Positions 36,901 to 50,740 of a stretch of DNA of 64,000 bases are shown here, in pieces. Under the pieces are notes generated by a model. That model was not told where the DNA came from. It worked only from the letters and a program-made list of their open reading frames with translations, and ran no database searches. The stretch lies in the NCBI GenBank assembly GCA_016748015.1, contig JAAOMT010000439.1, positions 207,527 through 271,526 of the forward strand, written 5' to 3'. Within the stretch, counting starts at the first letter, position 1. The number at the start of each line of letters is the position of its first letter. Position numbers and translations under genes: made by a program. The DNA comes from Geosiphon pyriformis uo1 (lineage: Eukaryota; Fungi; Glomeromycota).

Positions 36901-39631
36901 ACAAATCAAAATATCTCACTTGTTGCATATACCAATGGAAACAAAGCTGAACTGCATTCTATAACTAACTATAGAATGAAGAACTGCCAATATCAAATAT
37001 AAGAACTGCTTATTTGAGACAGCTTTTCTCAAGACCAGATTGGTAAAAAAACGAATATCTGAATTCATTTTCACCAGACTAAGCTTTGATAGACCTTTAA
37101 TTGATAGAAAAATACCCAAATATCGATGAGATTCACTCTTTTTGGCAATGAAGATTGGTAAGCCACTAATAAAAAGAGAAGGAATGCTGACCCTGCTATT
37201 GATAAAAATGGCCACTGTTTTGTCATTATTGATAAAAATATTATTTATCCAAAAAAATTCACTTGTAACATTAAAAATATGTTGAGTAGTTGTCTGACTA
37301 CAGCCAACCCAAATTATATCATTGACAAAAGCACCAGCAGCAAAAAAAGAAGAAAGCCCAGTCCGGAACTTAGCATGACCATTCCTTAAAATAAAATAAG
37401 AATTTAACCTATAACTATATATGCTTTCCTGTCTTTTGACTTCGCATAGCAAAGAATCATAAAATATATGCCACAGAAGAGAAGAGAAAACCTCCTTTTT
37501 CCAAACTATTATGTACACGATAACCATCTATTAACCCAAAATCTGTTATCACCCTGTTGGTACAATCCCTATGAATACCACTGAAAAACCGAATAAACCT
37601 GCCACATATTTTGATCCTAACCAAACTTTTCTTTAGATGTTCCCAGCCAATTGAATTGTATGTTTTCCGCATATTCTACAAAACCAGCCAAAGCTCCCAA
37701 TTTTTTTCCAATGCATCCTTAACCATTGATCCAACTGCAAAAATAAAAAACTGAGTTATTGTGTCTTTTAAAACCAAAAAATTGTCCCCACGAAGAATGC
37801 CAAAAGTGCTGCATGCCAAAGAAATCCTATCAGAGAATATCTTGGAAAGGATCTTACAAGCCATTTTGATCAAAGCAATAGGATGGGTATTTGTGAAAAC
37901 ACTCTCTCATTCATACAGTTTAGGAATTATTGAAACCCAAGCCTCTTTCTAAGAACCAGGTACCAATTCACAAGAAAGACATAAGTTTAAAAGTACCAAA
38001 AGCATATCCAAAATTGACTTGTCACAATGTTTTCAAAGCTCATTTGTGATACCCAAGAGACCAGCAGCTTTGCCATCAGGCAGATCAGAAACCACATCAA
38101 GCAGCTCATTAAACTCAACTGAATGCATTACACCAGAAAAAGCCTCATTAAAAACATAATCTAACAGCTAATATTAATAGGACCAGACATCAAAAACATT
38201 AGCAACCACATTATACTTTCTGGTTCATCTTTCCATAATAACATTCATTTTAGATTTAACTGAACCAGGCTCTAAAATAAGCTCGTTATCAACAACCAAG
38301 TGATTCAGAACCACTTTGCAGAAAGGACACTCCAAAACACTCCTGATAGTATGACTCTTATTCATCTTGAAGCTTTCCATCTTTCTATCTATAGCAGATT
38401 TAATGTTTGCTTCTTTAGCTGCCAGAAATTCAGCAAGCTTGGATGCATGATATGATTTTCTAATGCCAAAGAGAGTAGAATAAATGCAATTAGAGTCCGC
38501 ACCAGAGTCAATGAAATTCTAAACAACTGAGGCTTTAATACTGTTCAAAGAGTCCCAGCACTTCATAAGAGAGACAAGATTGACACCACTTCCTTCACAA
38601 GAGACCTTAATAATTTTTGAAACCAAAAGTTTCAACTGGTGAAACTTCAAAAAAACTTTGGTAAACACACTGTCAAAATTTTTGAACCACTTCTTTCTAA
38701 ATATCTTATTCGCCAAAAGCATTATTATTCTGTGTAAAACATCTCATATGACATCCAGGTCTGAGTGCTTGACAGCAGTAGCAAACTCATCAGAGAGCAT
38801 CCTAGCATTGGCTGACGTGGTGTTTTTAAAATTTTCTTATTTATTGACATTAGCACTCTTAAAATCAAACTTCCACTGATCCTTATTTACTTGTTTGTGA
38901 AAAGAGTTCAACTGCATATCCAAAAGTTCATCCAAATCCACAGACACAAAAACAGCCCAATAATCAGTATCAAAGAATTCACCAACATCACACACATTGC
39001 AATCCACTACTGCATTAACCAAGTTTGAGGAGATGAACAGAAAGTCAATTGTTTTAGCCACACCACAAGAGTTGGCTTAAGTAAGAGTCTTAACAAAGAA
39101 ACTTCTACCAAGAGAGTTGACCAAACCAAAATCAAAGCATTTTTTGAAACTGGCACACTTATGAAAACCATCTTTATTGAAGTCACCACCTAGAACAACA
39201 AAAGAAGATTCATTCACAGCTTTTGAAATCATAGAATTGATTTCATCAGCTTGAGAGAACTGAACTGACAAAAAAACACCAGCATAAAGCCCCAAAATTG
39301 AAACAGAAAGTTTGTTTTTGAAAAATAGCCTAACAAAAATGAGCTGACTAGGAACCTTAGAAATTTTACACACATAACAAGCCAAAGAAATGTCCATAAT
39401 AATGGCAACACCAAAACCTAAGTTACCAGAGTCCACATCAGAAGTAAAAACCCAGACACCATCAAACCTATCAGCAATTCATGGATGAACCTTATCCTGT
39501 AACTTGGTTTCAGTAATAATTGAAATCAAATTGCCCATATCCTTGTGCCAACAAACAATATCCTTCTGTTTTGTAGGATTATTCATACCCCAAATATTAC
39601 AAGTAGCAATTTTCCAAACTAGACTGACCAT
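33928..39631 (-). pseudogene. LINE ORF2: AP endonuclease, reverse transcriptase, RNase H, C-terminal zinc knuckle
   Basis: APE: KIATCNIWGMN, TETKL, GGDFN, KTIDFLF. RT: PIALI, MRKTYNSIGW, AGAFVNDIIW, RYLGIFL. RNase H: VYTDESL, SSTLTEL, FLDSQ, KVKNHSSITGNE. Knuckle: CLYC..SDHVF. Confidence 0.92.
34243..35257 (-). mobile_element. Solo LTR (1015 nt) inserted in LINE ORF2
   Basis: Perfect 9-nt inverted termini TGTTACCAG...CTGGTAACA and perfect 4-bp TSD CTGC (34239-34242 / 35258-35261). Homologous to the LTR at 58669-59621, which abuts a Gypsy PPT and gives the orientation. Confidence 0.9.
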
Positions 39632-41598
39632 TGAGATAAATGAGAAGCTAATGAACCCAAACCAGAACACAAAGAGTCCAATTTCATCAAAACTAAACTG
39701 ACTGAAACTTCCAAAGCCATCATCTTTGATTCCAAACCACCTATCTTGGTGGTTAGCACTTTTGAACTACTCAGACTTAGTTTAGAAGTAGTTTTATTGA
39801 CCAACAGGAGAGAAAAAAAAGAGGGCACCACTATACCATCAACAGTCATATTCGAATCCAAAGCTGAATCTAAGGGAGGAGCAACAAGAGGGAGGGGAGC
39901 ACAAGGTGGCAATGACATTGGCAACAAATTTACAAGGCTTAATTTTTTTAAAATATCTGAAATTTGATTCGACAAAAGCTCCAAAAAGCACTCCAAAGAA
40001 GCCAAACAGTTGGCTAAACCAGAATTATCAAAAAGGTTGGAAGCCATTACCAAGAATTTTGTACTTAAAAGTAAACTAGCACCAGAAGAAACTGACAAAA
40101 ACACATGAAAAGGAGAGCCACCCACAACTTGAGCCCAAGTTTTTCTACCAAAAGACACCAGACAAGCAACCAGAGTCTGCTTCCTCTTATAAATATTAGC
40201 CAAATAAACCTGATCTTAAGAAGACACAACCCACTTACAACAAATTCCAGAATTACTACCAACTGAACACACATCAGAAATATGACCAAATTGTTTACAC
40301 TTGGTACAGCAAGCCAAAGAAAGACCAGTCCAGTGCAAATTCACATCTTTATAAACTGGAACAGAATTAATAGCAGCCAATTTGAATGCCTCATTATCAA
40401 AACAGACCACTGCACATCTATTATGAGCATATAAACCAAGATTATGACCAATAAAACAAGTTTTTTCACCATAAAAATCCACTAAATCTGATAAATTATA
40501 AACAGTAGTACCAACTAAAAGTGTGTACAACAAAGCCCAATGATGATCTCTGGAAACCCATATTTGTTTATCATTAATGACTTTTGTTACATAAACAGAA
40601 TCCTTTCCCATAAAGACAAACCATTTAGCTGCGACCAAATCAGCTATTTCAGAAGACTCAAACTCCACTAAAGCTTTTTGTCACAGACCAATTAGTTGTA
40701 CTTTGATTAAAACTACCTTGCCAAACTTAGAAAAAACAGATTCTATAACCAATTTAGGAAGATTGACTGGGATCTCCTTGACAATTACCTTCCAATCTGA
40801 ATGGCTATTTACTTTTTTTAGATCATTATTAACAATAATTTTCTTACAAATTGCCAATTCCCTTGCCTTATTCATACTAAACTCAAAAGTAAATGAAGCT
40901 CTGATAATGCCTGAGAATTTTGAGAGAGTTAATGCTCCTTTAAAACCATTAATTTGATAAAAATTTTTTTTTATTGTCAATAACTTATTACTATTAGTCT
41001 TTCTAGAAACAGCAGACAACTCAACATTCAATGCGAACAATTTTACTGGCTCAAAATTCCATTTTTTCAGAACATGTAATTCGGCAGATGGCAGCCGATT
41101 GAATCCAACAAATTTAGGCTCTAGGAGCATCAACTTATTATCGTCATTGCTTGTATTCATAAAGGAAGGAGCTTTTGGCAGTTGTCTTAAAACATAAGTC
41201 CTCATTCTTGTTTTTCTAGAAGTTGTATCATCTATCATGTCATCCGTTTCAGAAGCATTGGAGTCAACATGGCTTGTTTCTTCAGCAACTGTGTTCTTCA
41301 AGTTTTCCATGTCCGACAACTCACTTATACTGCTTTCCTCACTTTTCATCTCACTGCTCCAAGATCTGTTATGCCCAATATTGGTAGCTTGCAACATCTC
41401 AGCAGACAAAGGCCCAGCCAATGAATTCACAATAGTATCAGAAGCCTCAGATTTCTTTGGTTTCTTGAAAAAAAAACCATAAGAGTACACACTATCAACT
41501 TATGTTTTTTTTTTGTTATCCTTATTACTAGACTGGGACCCCAACCCAACCAACAATAAACCAGAACCACTAGCAAGTGCGCCCATTAGTTTCATCAT
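39619..41598 (-). pseudogene. LINE ORF1 (RRM-like domains and CCHC knuckle)
   Basis: VIVKEIPVNLPK..FSKFGKV..; ALLYTL..KTCFI..CAVVCF; CCTKCKQFGHISDVC. The stop overlaps the ORF2 ATG by 13 nt. Confidence 0.88.
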
Positions 41599-42699
41599 GA
41601 CAAAAAGTGTATTGGAAGAAATGACTTAAGTAAATTAAAGGAAAAAGAGAAGAAAAAGAAAAAAAAAGTGACTTCTTCAAACAAATAACTATAGCTTTCA
41701 TTGTGGTCAGAGAATTGACGAAAGAAAGAGTTTTTTATTTTTTTTTTAAATAATTAATTTTATTATTATAAGATATTACTTGTTATTAATATTATCTGAT
41801 AATTATTATTATATAAATTATTATTTTTTAAAATTTGTTATTATGTTATATTATAATTAAATAATTTTTATTAAATTCTTAAACTATAATATTAATTAAG
41901 AAAAAAAAAATATTATTGTTGTTATTAAAATATTTAATAAAGCAAATATCTAAAATACTTTTATTTTTTATTTTTACTATTATTATTATTTTTACAAATA
42001 ATATATATGAGTTTTTTAATAATAAAAAAATCAAAAAAATTATTCAAGATAATAAAATTATTAAGTACTTATATATAAAATTTTGTAAATTAAATTAACT
42101 TATAAGATTTTAACTTATATTAATTTTGAATTAAAATATTTATAATTTTTATAATAAATTAAATTTATTTTGTTAAATACTAAAATAATATAATAAATTT
42201 TGTTTAAATTTTTTTTATTCATAAAACAAATATTTATATATTTAATTATATTATTTATAATAAAAATACAATTAATAATACAAGTTTTTTTTATTTATTT
42301 TATTTAATGAATTATAAATAATAATATTTATTAATCAATATTATAATTTTATTTAAATTAAAATTTAAAAAAAATAAAAACTTTTTTAAAACTATACTAA
42401 TTACTTATATTTTTTTTTAAAAATTAATAAATTAATATTTAAAATATAAAATTTTTTAATAATAATAACTTTTAATTTTTCTTTAAAAATTACAAAAACA
42501 AATCAATTAAACTTAAATATAATAAAAAAAAAATCAAAAAAAAAACATTTTTTTATTTTTAATATTATAATAAATTATATTCAATAATAATATATTCAAA
42601 TTCTTAATATTTACTTTTTTTGTTTTAAAACTATTTATTTTAGAATTTATTTTTATTGTTAATATTAAACTTAGTATTAATTATTATAAGTTTTTTTAA

Positions 42700-42985
42700 T
42701 ATTTATTTAAAAACAGTTTTTATATTATTAAACACACCAGAAACAGCAATTTTATCATTTAAAAAAAAACAAGAATTATTCTTTTAGGTTTTTAAGTAAA
42801 ATCATTATCAATAGAACCATTTATGACACTTTTTACAAATTTTTTCTTGGTTATATTATCATTAATAATAGTTACTAATTCTTATACAAAAAAGTTAGTA
42901 CTTTGCAAAATAATAGAAATTTTTAAAAAAAAGCAGAGAACAAAAACTTTTGAAGAATTTTGGATGTAAGAGAGAAAGAAGTTTT
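42700..42985 (-). mobile_element. Remnant 5' end of another LINE copy
   Basis: Begins A(n)CTTCTTTCTCTC like the other LINE 5' ends, then a decayed ORF1 start (TKKKFVKSVINGS..KPKRIIL) resembling the ORF1 N-termini at 16243 and 57879. Confidence 0.45.
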
Positions 42986-43231
42986 TTATTTTATTTTATT
43001 TTATTTTATTTACACCCTTAATGATTAATAATTTTTTGTATAATTTATGAAATTAAACATTTTTAATGACGTTTTCATCAAAAATAATTCACGAATGAAA
43101 ATCCTTGATTTACCATAAAAATAAATAAATAAATACGATCAGATAAAATAACAACACTCTTTTACATTTATATATATAGATATATATATATACATTTTTA
43201 AAGTGTGAAAATAAAAAAGAAAAAAGAAAAA

Positions 43232-43680
43232 ATGACTTCAATTCCAAAATTCAAATTAAATAACGGAATAGAAATTCCCGTACTTGGTTGTAAGTTTACG
43301 TATATGAATATGTTTTATATATATTTATTTATGATTTTTTGTTCATAGTGGGTACTTATCGAATAAAATCCCCTGAAACCGTGGAGTTGGTTATTAAAAG
43401 TGCCATATATTCGGGGTATAGACTTTTTGGTAAGTTTTTCATGTAAAAAAATGGTATGATATTAATATTAATAAATTTGAATGTTCAAAAATATATATAT
43501 ATATATTTTTTTGAATCATCAATTAGATTCTGCATCGGTTTATAAAAACGAAGAAGCTATCGGTTCAGTTTTAAAAAAACTTTTCACAGACACTTCTAAT
43601 TCACAAATACCTTTAAAAAGAGAGGATATCTTTATCACTAGTAAATTGGGTACGTAATAGATTTTTATTATTATTATTTC

Positions 43681-43714
<34 letters not shown>

Positions 43715-44004
43715 TTTTTAAAAAAGAAAAAAGTTTAAAAATAAATAAATAATTTAATCATCTTTTAATGTTCTATATGAAAATTAATATTTTTAGCTCC
43801 AAAAGATCAAGGATTTGAAGAATGTTATAATGGTATTTCATTATTTTTTTTTGAAATTAAATATGAAATTTTTTTAAAATAATTTGTTTAAATAATATTT
43901 TTTTTTTAATAAAAATCTAATTTAAGCGGTTAATGAATCTTTAAAACGGTTCAATTTGGATTATCTTGATCTTTTTTTAATTCATTGGCCAGGGTAAGTA
44001 CATC

Positions 44005-44098
<94 letters not shown>

Positions 44099-44501
44099 CA
44101 TCATTATTTTTATAATTACAATTACAATTATTATTATTATTATTATTATTATTAAAAAACAATAATCAAACAATATTAATAATATTTTTAATTTCAGAAC
44201 TCAAAACATAAAAACAAATAATCCACAAAACGCGATCAATCGTCAAGAAAGTTGGAAAGCATTAGAAAAACATTATGAAGAAGGAAACTTAAGATCAATT
44301 GGAGTGAGCAATTATACATATCGACATTTAAAAGAACTTTTATCTCATTGTAAAATTATTCCTACAATTTTACAAATTGAATTACACCCTTTATTATTTG
44401 AAAAAAATTTATTTGATCTTTGTCATCAATTTAAAATTCAAATTCAAGCTTATTCTAGTTTAGGTGAAGGAAATTTAGTAAATAGTAATACTATTAATAG
44501 T

Positions 44502-44536
<35 letters not shown>

Positions 44537-44870
44537 AGAAAATTTCTTAATTCCTGGTTTGAATTCTATCGCTGAAAATCATTCAGTCTCTCCAGCTCAA
44601 ATTCTTTTAAGATGGGCTTATCAGCATAACGTTATTGTTATCCCTAAATCGGTTTCTCCTGAAAGAATTAAAATCAATTCTAAAATTTTTCATTTCAATT
44701 TATCCAAAGAGGTAAGTTGTTTAAAAATTTTCATGATATTTATATATATTTTTTGAAGATTTGAAAAATCTTAATCGAACGTCTTTTATTTATAGGAAAT
44801 GGAAATTTTGGATTCTGTCAGCAATAATTCATCACATCGATTTTGTTGGGATCCTACTGATGTTTATTAA
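43232..44870 (+). CDS. Aldo-keto reductase, multi-exon
   Basis: KLNNGIEIPVLG|LGTY..GYRLF|DSASVYKNEEAIG..KREDIFITSKL..LDYLDLFLIHWPG..SIGVSNY..QIELHP..QAYSSLG..AQILLRWA..IPKS. Confidence 0.93.
44005..44152. repeat. Long intronic (TAT)n microsatellite
   Basis: About 30 contiguous TTA units plus a second run. Confidence 0.95.
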
Positions 44871-45051
44871 TTTTCAATAAGTAAATGTCATAAAAAGTTT
44901 TCATTTATATGCTTTTTCTGAATCAAAAAATACAAATAAATGTTCAAATAAAGACTAGAAATATGTGAATACTGATACTAATTTTAGAAAATAATAAAAG
45001 TGAGTTATCATATAATTTATTAGGTTATTAACTAAATCACCATTTCCACCT

Positions 45052-45582
45052 TCACAATTTCGCAAGCTTCTTTCTATTAGCCTCATTAATCCTTTTTGAG
45101 GCTTCCGGGGCTCGTCTCAATTCCCATTTTCCAATCTGTTGTATATGAATTTCATCAGGACCATCAGCGAATTTCAAAGTTCTACCAGCTGCCCACAGAT
45201 AAGCTAATGGAAAATCGGCTGATACTCCTGCGGCTCCATGAGCTTGAATAGAACGATCCAGGACGTTTAATAAAACGGTTGGCACAGTTGCTTTTGCCAT
45301 TCCGATTTCTTTCATTGCCTGTTTGGGCCCTACTTTATCAATCATATGTGCAGCATTTAGTACTAGAAATCGTGCTTGATCAATCTCTATTCTTGAACGT
45401 GCAATATCTGAAATGATAGTTCCATGTTCAGCTAGTAATTTTCCGAATGTACGACGTGATGGGTCGGTTATTCTAGCAAGCATTAAATCTAGAGCTCTTT
45501 CTGCTGCTCCGATAGATCTCATACTAATGGAGAATAAGATGTATTAAATTTTTTATCATTTAAACATAGAAATAATGTTATT

Positions 45583-45632
<50 letters not shown>

Positions 45633-46714
45633 AATAATAATAATAATAATGAAATATATATTTTTTCAATACCAATGATGAATTCTTCCCGGACCCAGTC
45701 TCCCTTGGATAACTTCAAATCCACGTCCCTCACCTAATATCACGTTTTCAATCGGAACCCTTACATCATCAAATCTAATCTCACAATGTCCTTCGGGTGC
45801 ATCATCATAGCCGAAAACAGTTAATGGTCTGATAACTTTTATTCCTCTTGTATTCGCGGGCACGATAACAATACTTTGTTGCCGATGTAAAATTTTATTA
45901 GTAGGATCCGTTTTTCCCATCACCAAATAAACAGAACATCGAGGATCACCGGCACCGGAAATCCACCATTTAATTCCATTAATTACATATTCTTTTCCAA
46001 CGCGTTTAATTGAAGTTTCAATATTTGTAGCATCTGAAGACGCAACACGAGGTTCAGTCATCGCAACCGATGATCGAATTTCACCGGAAAGTAAGGGGGT
46101 TAGCCAACGTGATTTTTGTTCTGGAGTTCCATATTTCGCGAATACTTCCATGTTCCCAGTGTCTGGTGCTGAACAATTAGTAGCCTTTAATCAATTTGAT
46201 TGAGATGAGATGAAATGAAATGAGATGAGATGGGATGAGATGGGATAAGAAAAGATGGGATGGTTTCTAATTAAAAATTAAAAATCAACATCCAAACTCG
46301 TTCTTCATACCTCAGGGGCAAGCCTCATCGATCTGCCCATAATTTCAGCCATGAGGCTATACTCTAAATTCGTAAGCCCCGCACCTTCAGGATATTCTTT
46401 TGACAAGAAAAGATTCCATAGACCCAATGATTTTGCTTTTTCCTTTAACGATTCAATGACTGGAGGAATTATCTTTTTTTTTAAAAAAAAATTTGATAAA
46501 AATAATATTTATAAATAATATTTCATGGGTATAAGAAAATTTGATAATATTTATAATTTGATTTGGCTTTTTTTTTTTTTTTTACCTTCCATCTTTGGTC
46601 TCCTTCACCTAATTGTGATTGGTATAGAGTCTCGGAAGGAATACATTCATTCTTGGATCATCAATTTTATTTGGGTTGGGTTGGTTGGTTGGTTGGTTTT
46701 TACGCAAGTGAAAT

Positions 46715-46754
<40 letters not shown>

Positions 46755-47070
46755 GATATCCAAATTTCATTTTTAATTAAACCAACTCAAAAATTTCTCG
46801 TATCATAAAAAAATACCCATGAGATTAATCAAAAATAAGATGATGATACAAAAAAGATTTTTTTTTTTTAAAAAAAAAACAAGATGATATAATATAAGAT
46901 GATATAAAACAAGATGATATAAAACAAGATGGAAAATAAAGATAGATCAAATTAATTAAAAATAAATTATTATTAATAATTACTTCAACGAATTCTTCCA
47001 ATTTCTCGATCAGGTCTTTTGCATGGGATGAAATCTTTGATTCGATAATTGAAGGAATTGTATAAACCAT
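45052..47070 (-). CDS. Acyl-CoA dehydrogenase (ACAD10/11, IBR3-like), 5 exons
   Basis: [88 protein letters not shown]. The C-terminal AKL is a PTS1-like signal. Confidence 0.93.
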
Positions 47071-47124
47071 AATTTTTATGATTTTTTGGTTTAAAGAATT
47101 TTTGTCAAGACAAACGGAAAAACA

Positions 47125-47173
47125 AACAGACAGACAGACAGAGACAGATAGGTAGGTATATAGATAGATAGAC

Positions 47174-47246
<73 letters not shown>
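47125..47246. repeat. (GACA)n/(GATA)n microsatellite in the ACAD upstream region
   Basis: Direct reading. Confidence 0.95.
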
Positions 47247-47666
47247 TAAAGATTCTTTATTATTATTTCTTATTTGATGATGAAAAGATTTGAAAAGAAA
47301 ATCTTTGATAACTTCATATAGATTAAAAAGGTAACGTTTGTCTTTATGGAGAACAATTATTAAATAGGTTTAGTGATTATCTTTTTGTGTTTTTTTAAAT
47401 TCTTAAATAAAAATATTAATTCCTATCAACGCATTTTGTTTAAAACCAAGGGAAAAAACAATCAAGGGCGTTGTGGAGATCTCTCCAATTTAAACACTTG
47501 TTATTTTTATGATTTCAGTTGTTTATAAAATTACAGATATTTAACAATTATCTATATATTTAATTATTTAATTAAGGAGCTTGCCAATAGTTGAAATTTA
47601 AAATTTTTTAAATATACAAATTTATCAGATATAAAAAGACAAACCAAACCCTATTAATACATTTTA

Positions 47667-48531
47667 CTATTTCCAATAATACCAAATCCCAATAGTAGTA
47701 GAACTAATCAACAAAATTCCAAGCCCTCCTGGGGTACCAGTTAACCACCATACACTACCAACCACCTGTTCAGCAACCATGCCTATCCTCCTCTTAACTC
47801 CAAACCATAGGTCATGTTTGAAAGGTGATTTAAAAGTTCCTAGTCGTCGATTGTTTGAAGGTAATGTTCTAACAGTGAACAAGGCAGAAACAGGTTTATG
47901 ATCGGAAAGATTATACTCTGGATGAGAAATGTAAAGATTTAGAGTAATCATTTCTTGATTACTTGTACCATTGCTGCTGCTACTGCTATTACTACTGTTA
48001 CCGTTACTGTTGCTGCTACTGTTGCTGCTAATGGTTCCATCTTTGCTTTCATTTTCATGATGAGAAAAATACAAGATACGATCACACCATCCAGGAATTC
48101 TTGTTTTTGTATTATACTCGTTTCCATTATTGCCCAAATGAAATTTGTAAGTTGGTGCAAAACTAAGATGACCCTCTTTGAAACCATGTAATGTGGTTCC
48201 AGTTTGTCGGGCTAAAGAAAGTTGATCATATTGATGAAGTCTTTGATGTTGTCGTTCACTTAATGCTGTTATAAGAGACCCGAGAGTTATTGGGGGGTAT
48301 ACTGGAGGATCAAGTGATATTCGATAATTCAAGTCTCCGAAAAAGAATAAATAATCAGCATCATATATTGTTGAAAAAGTTGAGGATGATGGATGTTTTT
48401 TTGATTTTATTTGATTGTTGGATAGTGAAAAATCTCGTTTTATCAATGGTATCGAAACAGAGGCTTGATCATCATCATAATTGATATTCAAATTTTGGTT
48501 TTCCTCCTCCCCCTCCTCCTCCTCCTCCTCC

Positions 48532-48574
<43 letters not shown>

Positions 48575-49316
48575 TACCATTACTATCCTGTTTTTTTCCA
48601 AGATTCTCGTCGTCGTCATCATTATTATTATTATTATTATTATTATCCAAAAGAAACAATAATCGTTCACAAACTTGTCTAAAATGTGTATTTCGTAAAT
48701 GAACATTATGATAATGTGGTGCTAAATGAGCACACACAAAACAAATAGTCAGTCCTCTAGTAATATCATTCTCCTGTTTTTGTTGCTGTTGCTGTTTTTT
48801 TTTTTTTCTTTTGTGCTTCTTAATAACATCCCCAGCAGTAGTAGTAGTAGTAGCAGTGCTATCCTCGATCTCGTATTCCACACCCTTTGATCCAATTTTT
48901 AAAATGGTAGCTATAGCACCTTTATTCCCAATCCACAAAGGTCCTACACCAACTTGACAAGTTTCTACCTTCCACAAAAATTTAATAACTGTTGTATCCC
49001 GTACATAAACAAATAATGCTATTCCGACCATAGATTCTTGAACTACTCGTGTATAACTTTCCCCTGTACATTCTAGTATCGCTTTCTCAATAAGGTTGGC
49101 ATAGTGAGCAAGACGTGAATGATTCACACGGAAAAAAGCATATGGATACGGTACTAGTTCTTGAAATCCAATAGCAAGAATATCAGGCTTATCGATTAAA
49201 GAAATTGAATGATTGTTACGGGAAAAGAGCCATTCTTTAAATGATTGATCAATGAATTGTTGATTGATATTGTATGTTGCCACAAGGATTTTTAGAGTTT
49301 CTGGGATATTAGTCAT
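47667..49316 (-). CDS. INP54: Inositol polyphosphate 5-phosphatase with C-terminal TM anchor (Inp54-like), single exon
   Basis: VATYNIN, PDILAIGFQE, GNKGA, CFVCAHLA, FFFGDLNYR, FAPTYKF, RIPGWCDRILY, SDHKPV; hydrophobic tail. First ATG is at 49316. Confidence 0.9.
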
Positions 49317-49547
49317 ATTTGGGATAAGTCTTAAATAACAATGATGATAATTATGATTAATTGTTTTTTCTTGGCACAAAAAGACATTAAAATTTCATTT
49401 GGGAATAAAATTTCTTGACGAGAAAACTTTTTTTTTTTTTTTTTTTTTTCCAAATAAACGGGGGGGTCATAAGTTAAACAAGGAAAAAAAAGGATTAGCT
49501 AGCCGAGATGTAGTTTTCACTATTCTTTATAAATGTTTGTGAATCAC

Positions 49548-49581
<34 letters not shown>

Positions 49582-49691
49582 GGTTGGGTATATCATATTG
49601 TAAAATTGATTATGAAGGCTGAAAACTTTTTTTTTTTCATTAAAAAATAAAATTAAAACATACATATATATATAGTTAAAAAAATAAAAAA

Positions 49692-50074
49692 ATGCCGCCA
49701 AAACCGATACGTAGGTCAGGTTTACAACAATCCGTGATAAACTTGTATCGTGATTGTTGGCGTGCAATTCGCATGAAATCACCGGTAAAAAAAAAAATTT
49801 TTTTCATAAAATTTTATTTAATCTAATAAAGAAATTTGATTATTAAAAATTTTTCTTTTCTCACTATTAGGAAACACGTACCCGATTCCAATCTTTTGTT
49901 CGCGTTCAATTTAAACGTTCAGATGTTACAGCGAAAGATCATATTGCTATAGAATATCTAATAAGACGGGGGAAGAAACAGTTGGAAACGTATTCAGAGA
50001 AAAGTATTAAAGATATTTCTGGATCTCATGATGACGACAGCGGCGGTGGGAAAGGGGGAGGGGGTCATGAATAA
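49692..50074 (+). CDS. SDH6: Succinate dehydrogenase assembly factor 1 (Sdh6, LYR family), 2 exons; not in ORF track
   Basis: Exons 49692-49784 and 49871-50074: MPPKPIRRSGLQQSVINLYRDCWRAIRMKSPETRTRFQSFVRVQFKRSDVTAKDHIAIEYLIRRGKKQLETYSEKSIKDI... matches the SDHAF1 pattern SGLQ..V..LYR..IEYL.RRG.KQL. Confidence 0.9.
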
Positions 50075-50532
50075 ATAATATTATGAGAATGATTGAGGAT
50101 GATGATTGAAAATTATGATTGAGGATGATGATTGAGAAAGGAAAAAGAAATTTAAATACAAAAGCTAGAATTTATATATAGAATAGATGAAATATTAAAA
50201 ATTTCAAGAAGGTTAAATAATTTAGAAAAAAAAATTTTTTTTCTTGCTAAGGAATTATATATATATATACAACAAATGTTTCTTTTTAATTTATAAATTT
50301 TTAAGAAACTAATTAATATTATATTTCTGATTAATTGAAAGGAGAATCATAATCAATTATAATTTGTTCATTTGAGTTATATAATTATATGATTTTAACC
50401 TGAAACCCAATTCCAAATTCCAAATTCCCAATTTCATTGTTTCTTTTTCATAATACATAAAAAGGTCTTGGGGTTAAATTAGAAAAATCATTTTTAAACG
50501 GGGGATGCACCCCCAAGTGTTACCATCATTCA

Positions 50533-50740
50533 TAATATCATATCATATCATATCATATCATATCATATAATATCATGTAATATCAAATAATATAATGTTA
50601 TATCATATCATATAATATCATATAATATCAAATAATATAATGTTATATCATATCATATCATATAATATAATGTAATGTTATATCATATCATATCATATAA
50701 TATAATGTAATGTTATATCATATCATATCATATCATATAT
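50533..50740. repeat. Compound pentanucleotide repeat (ATATC/ATAAT/ATGTT)n
   Basis: Direct reading; higher-order blocks of 35-40 nt are duplicated. Confidence 0.9.

Larger units (their letters stand above)
33790..41730 (-). mobile_element. Full-length LINE (ORF1 plus APE-RT-RNase H-CCHC ORF2), degenerate, containing a solo LTR
   Basis: ORF1 41598-39619 and ORF2 39631-33928, then 3' UTR and an A/(TAA)n tail at ~33781-33808. Confidence 0.93.

Noticed and set aside
13940-41490. Treating the many short ORFs in the TE block as host genes or as evidence of an alternative genetic code
   Set aside because: They are fragments of retroelement ORFs. All three stop types arise from TGG/CAA/CAG/CGA by transitions, consistent with mutational decay rather than recoding.
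43977-44173. Poly-Asn / poly-Ile ORFs in the track
   Set aside because: Translations of an intronic (TAT)n microsatellite.
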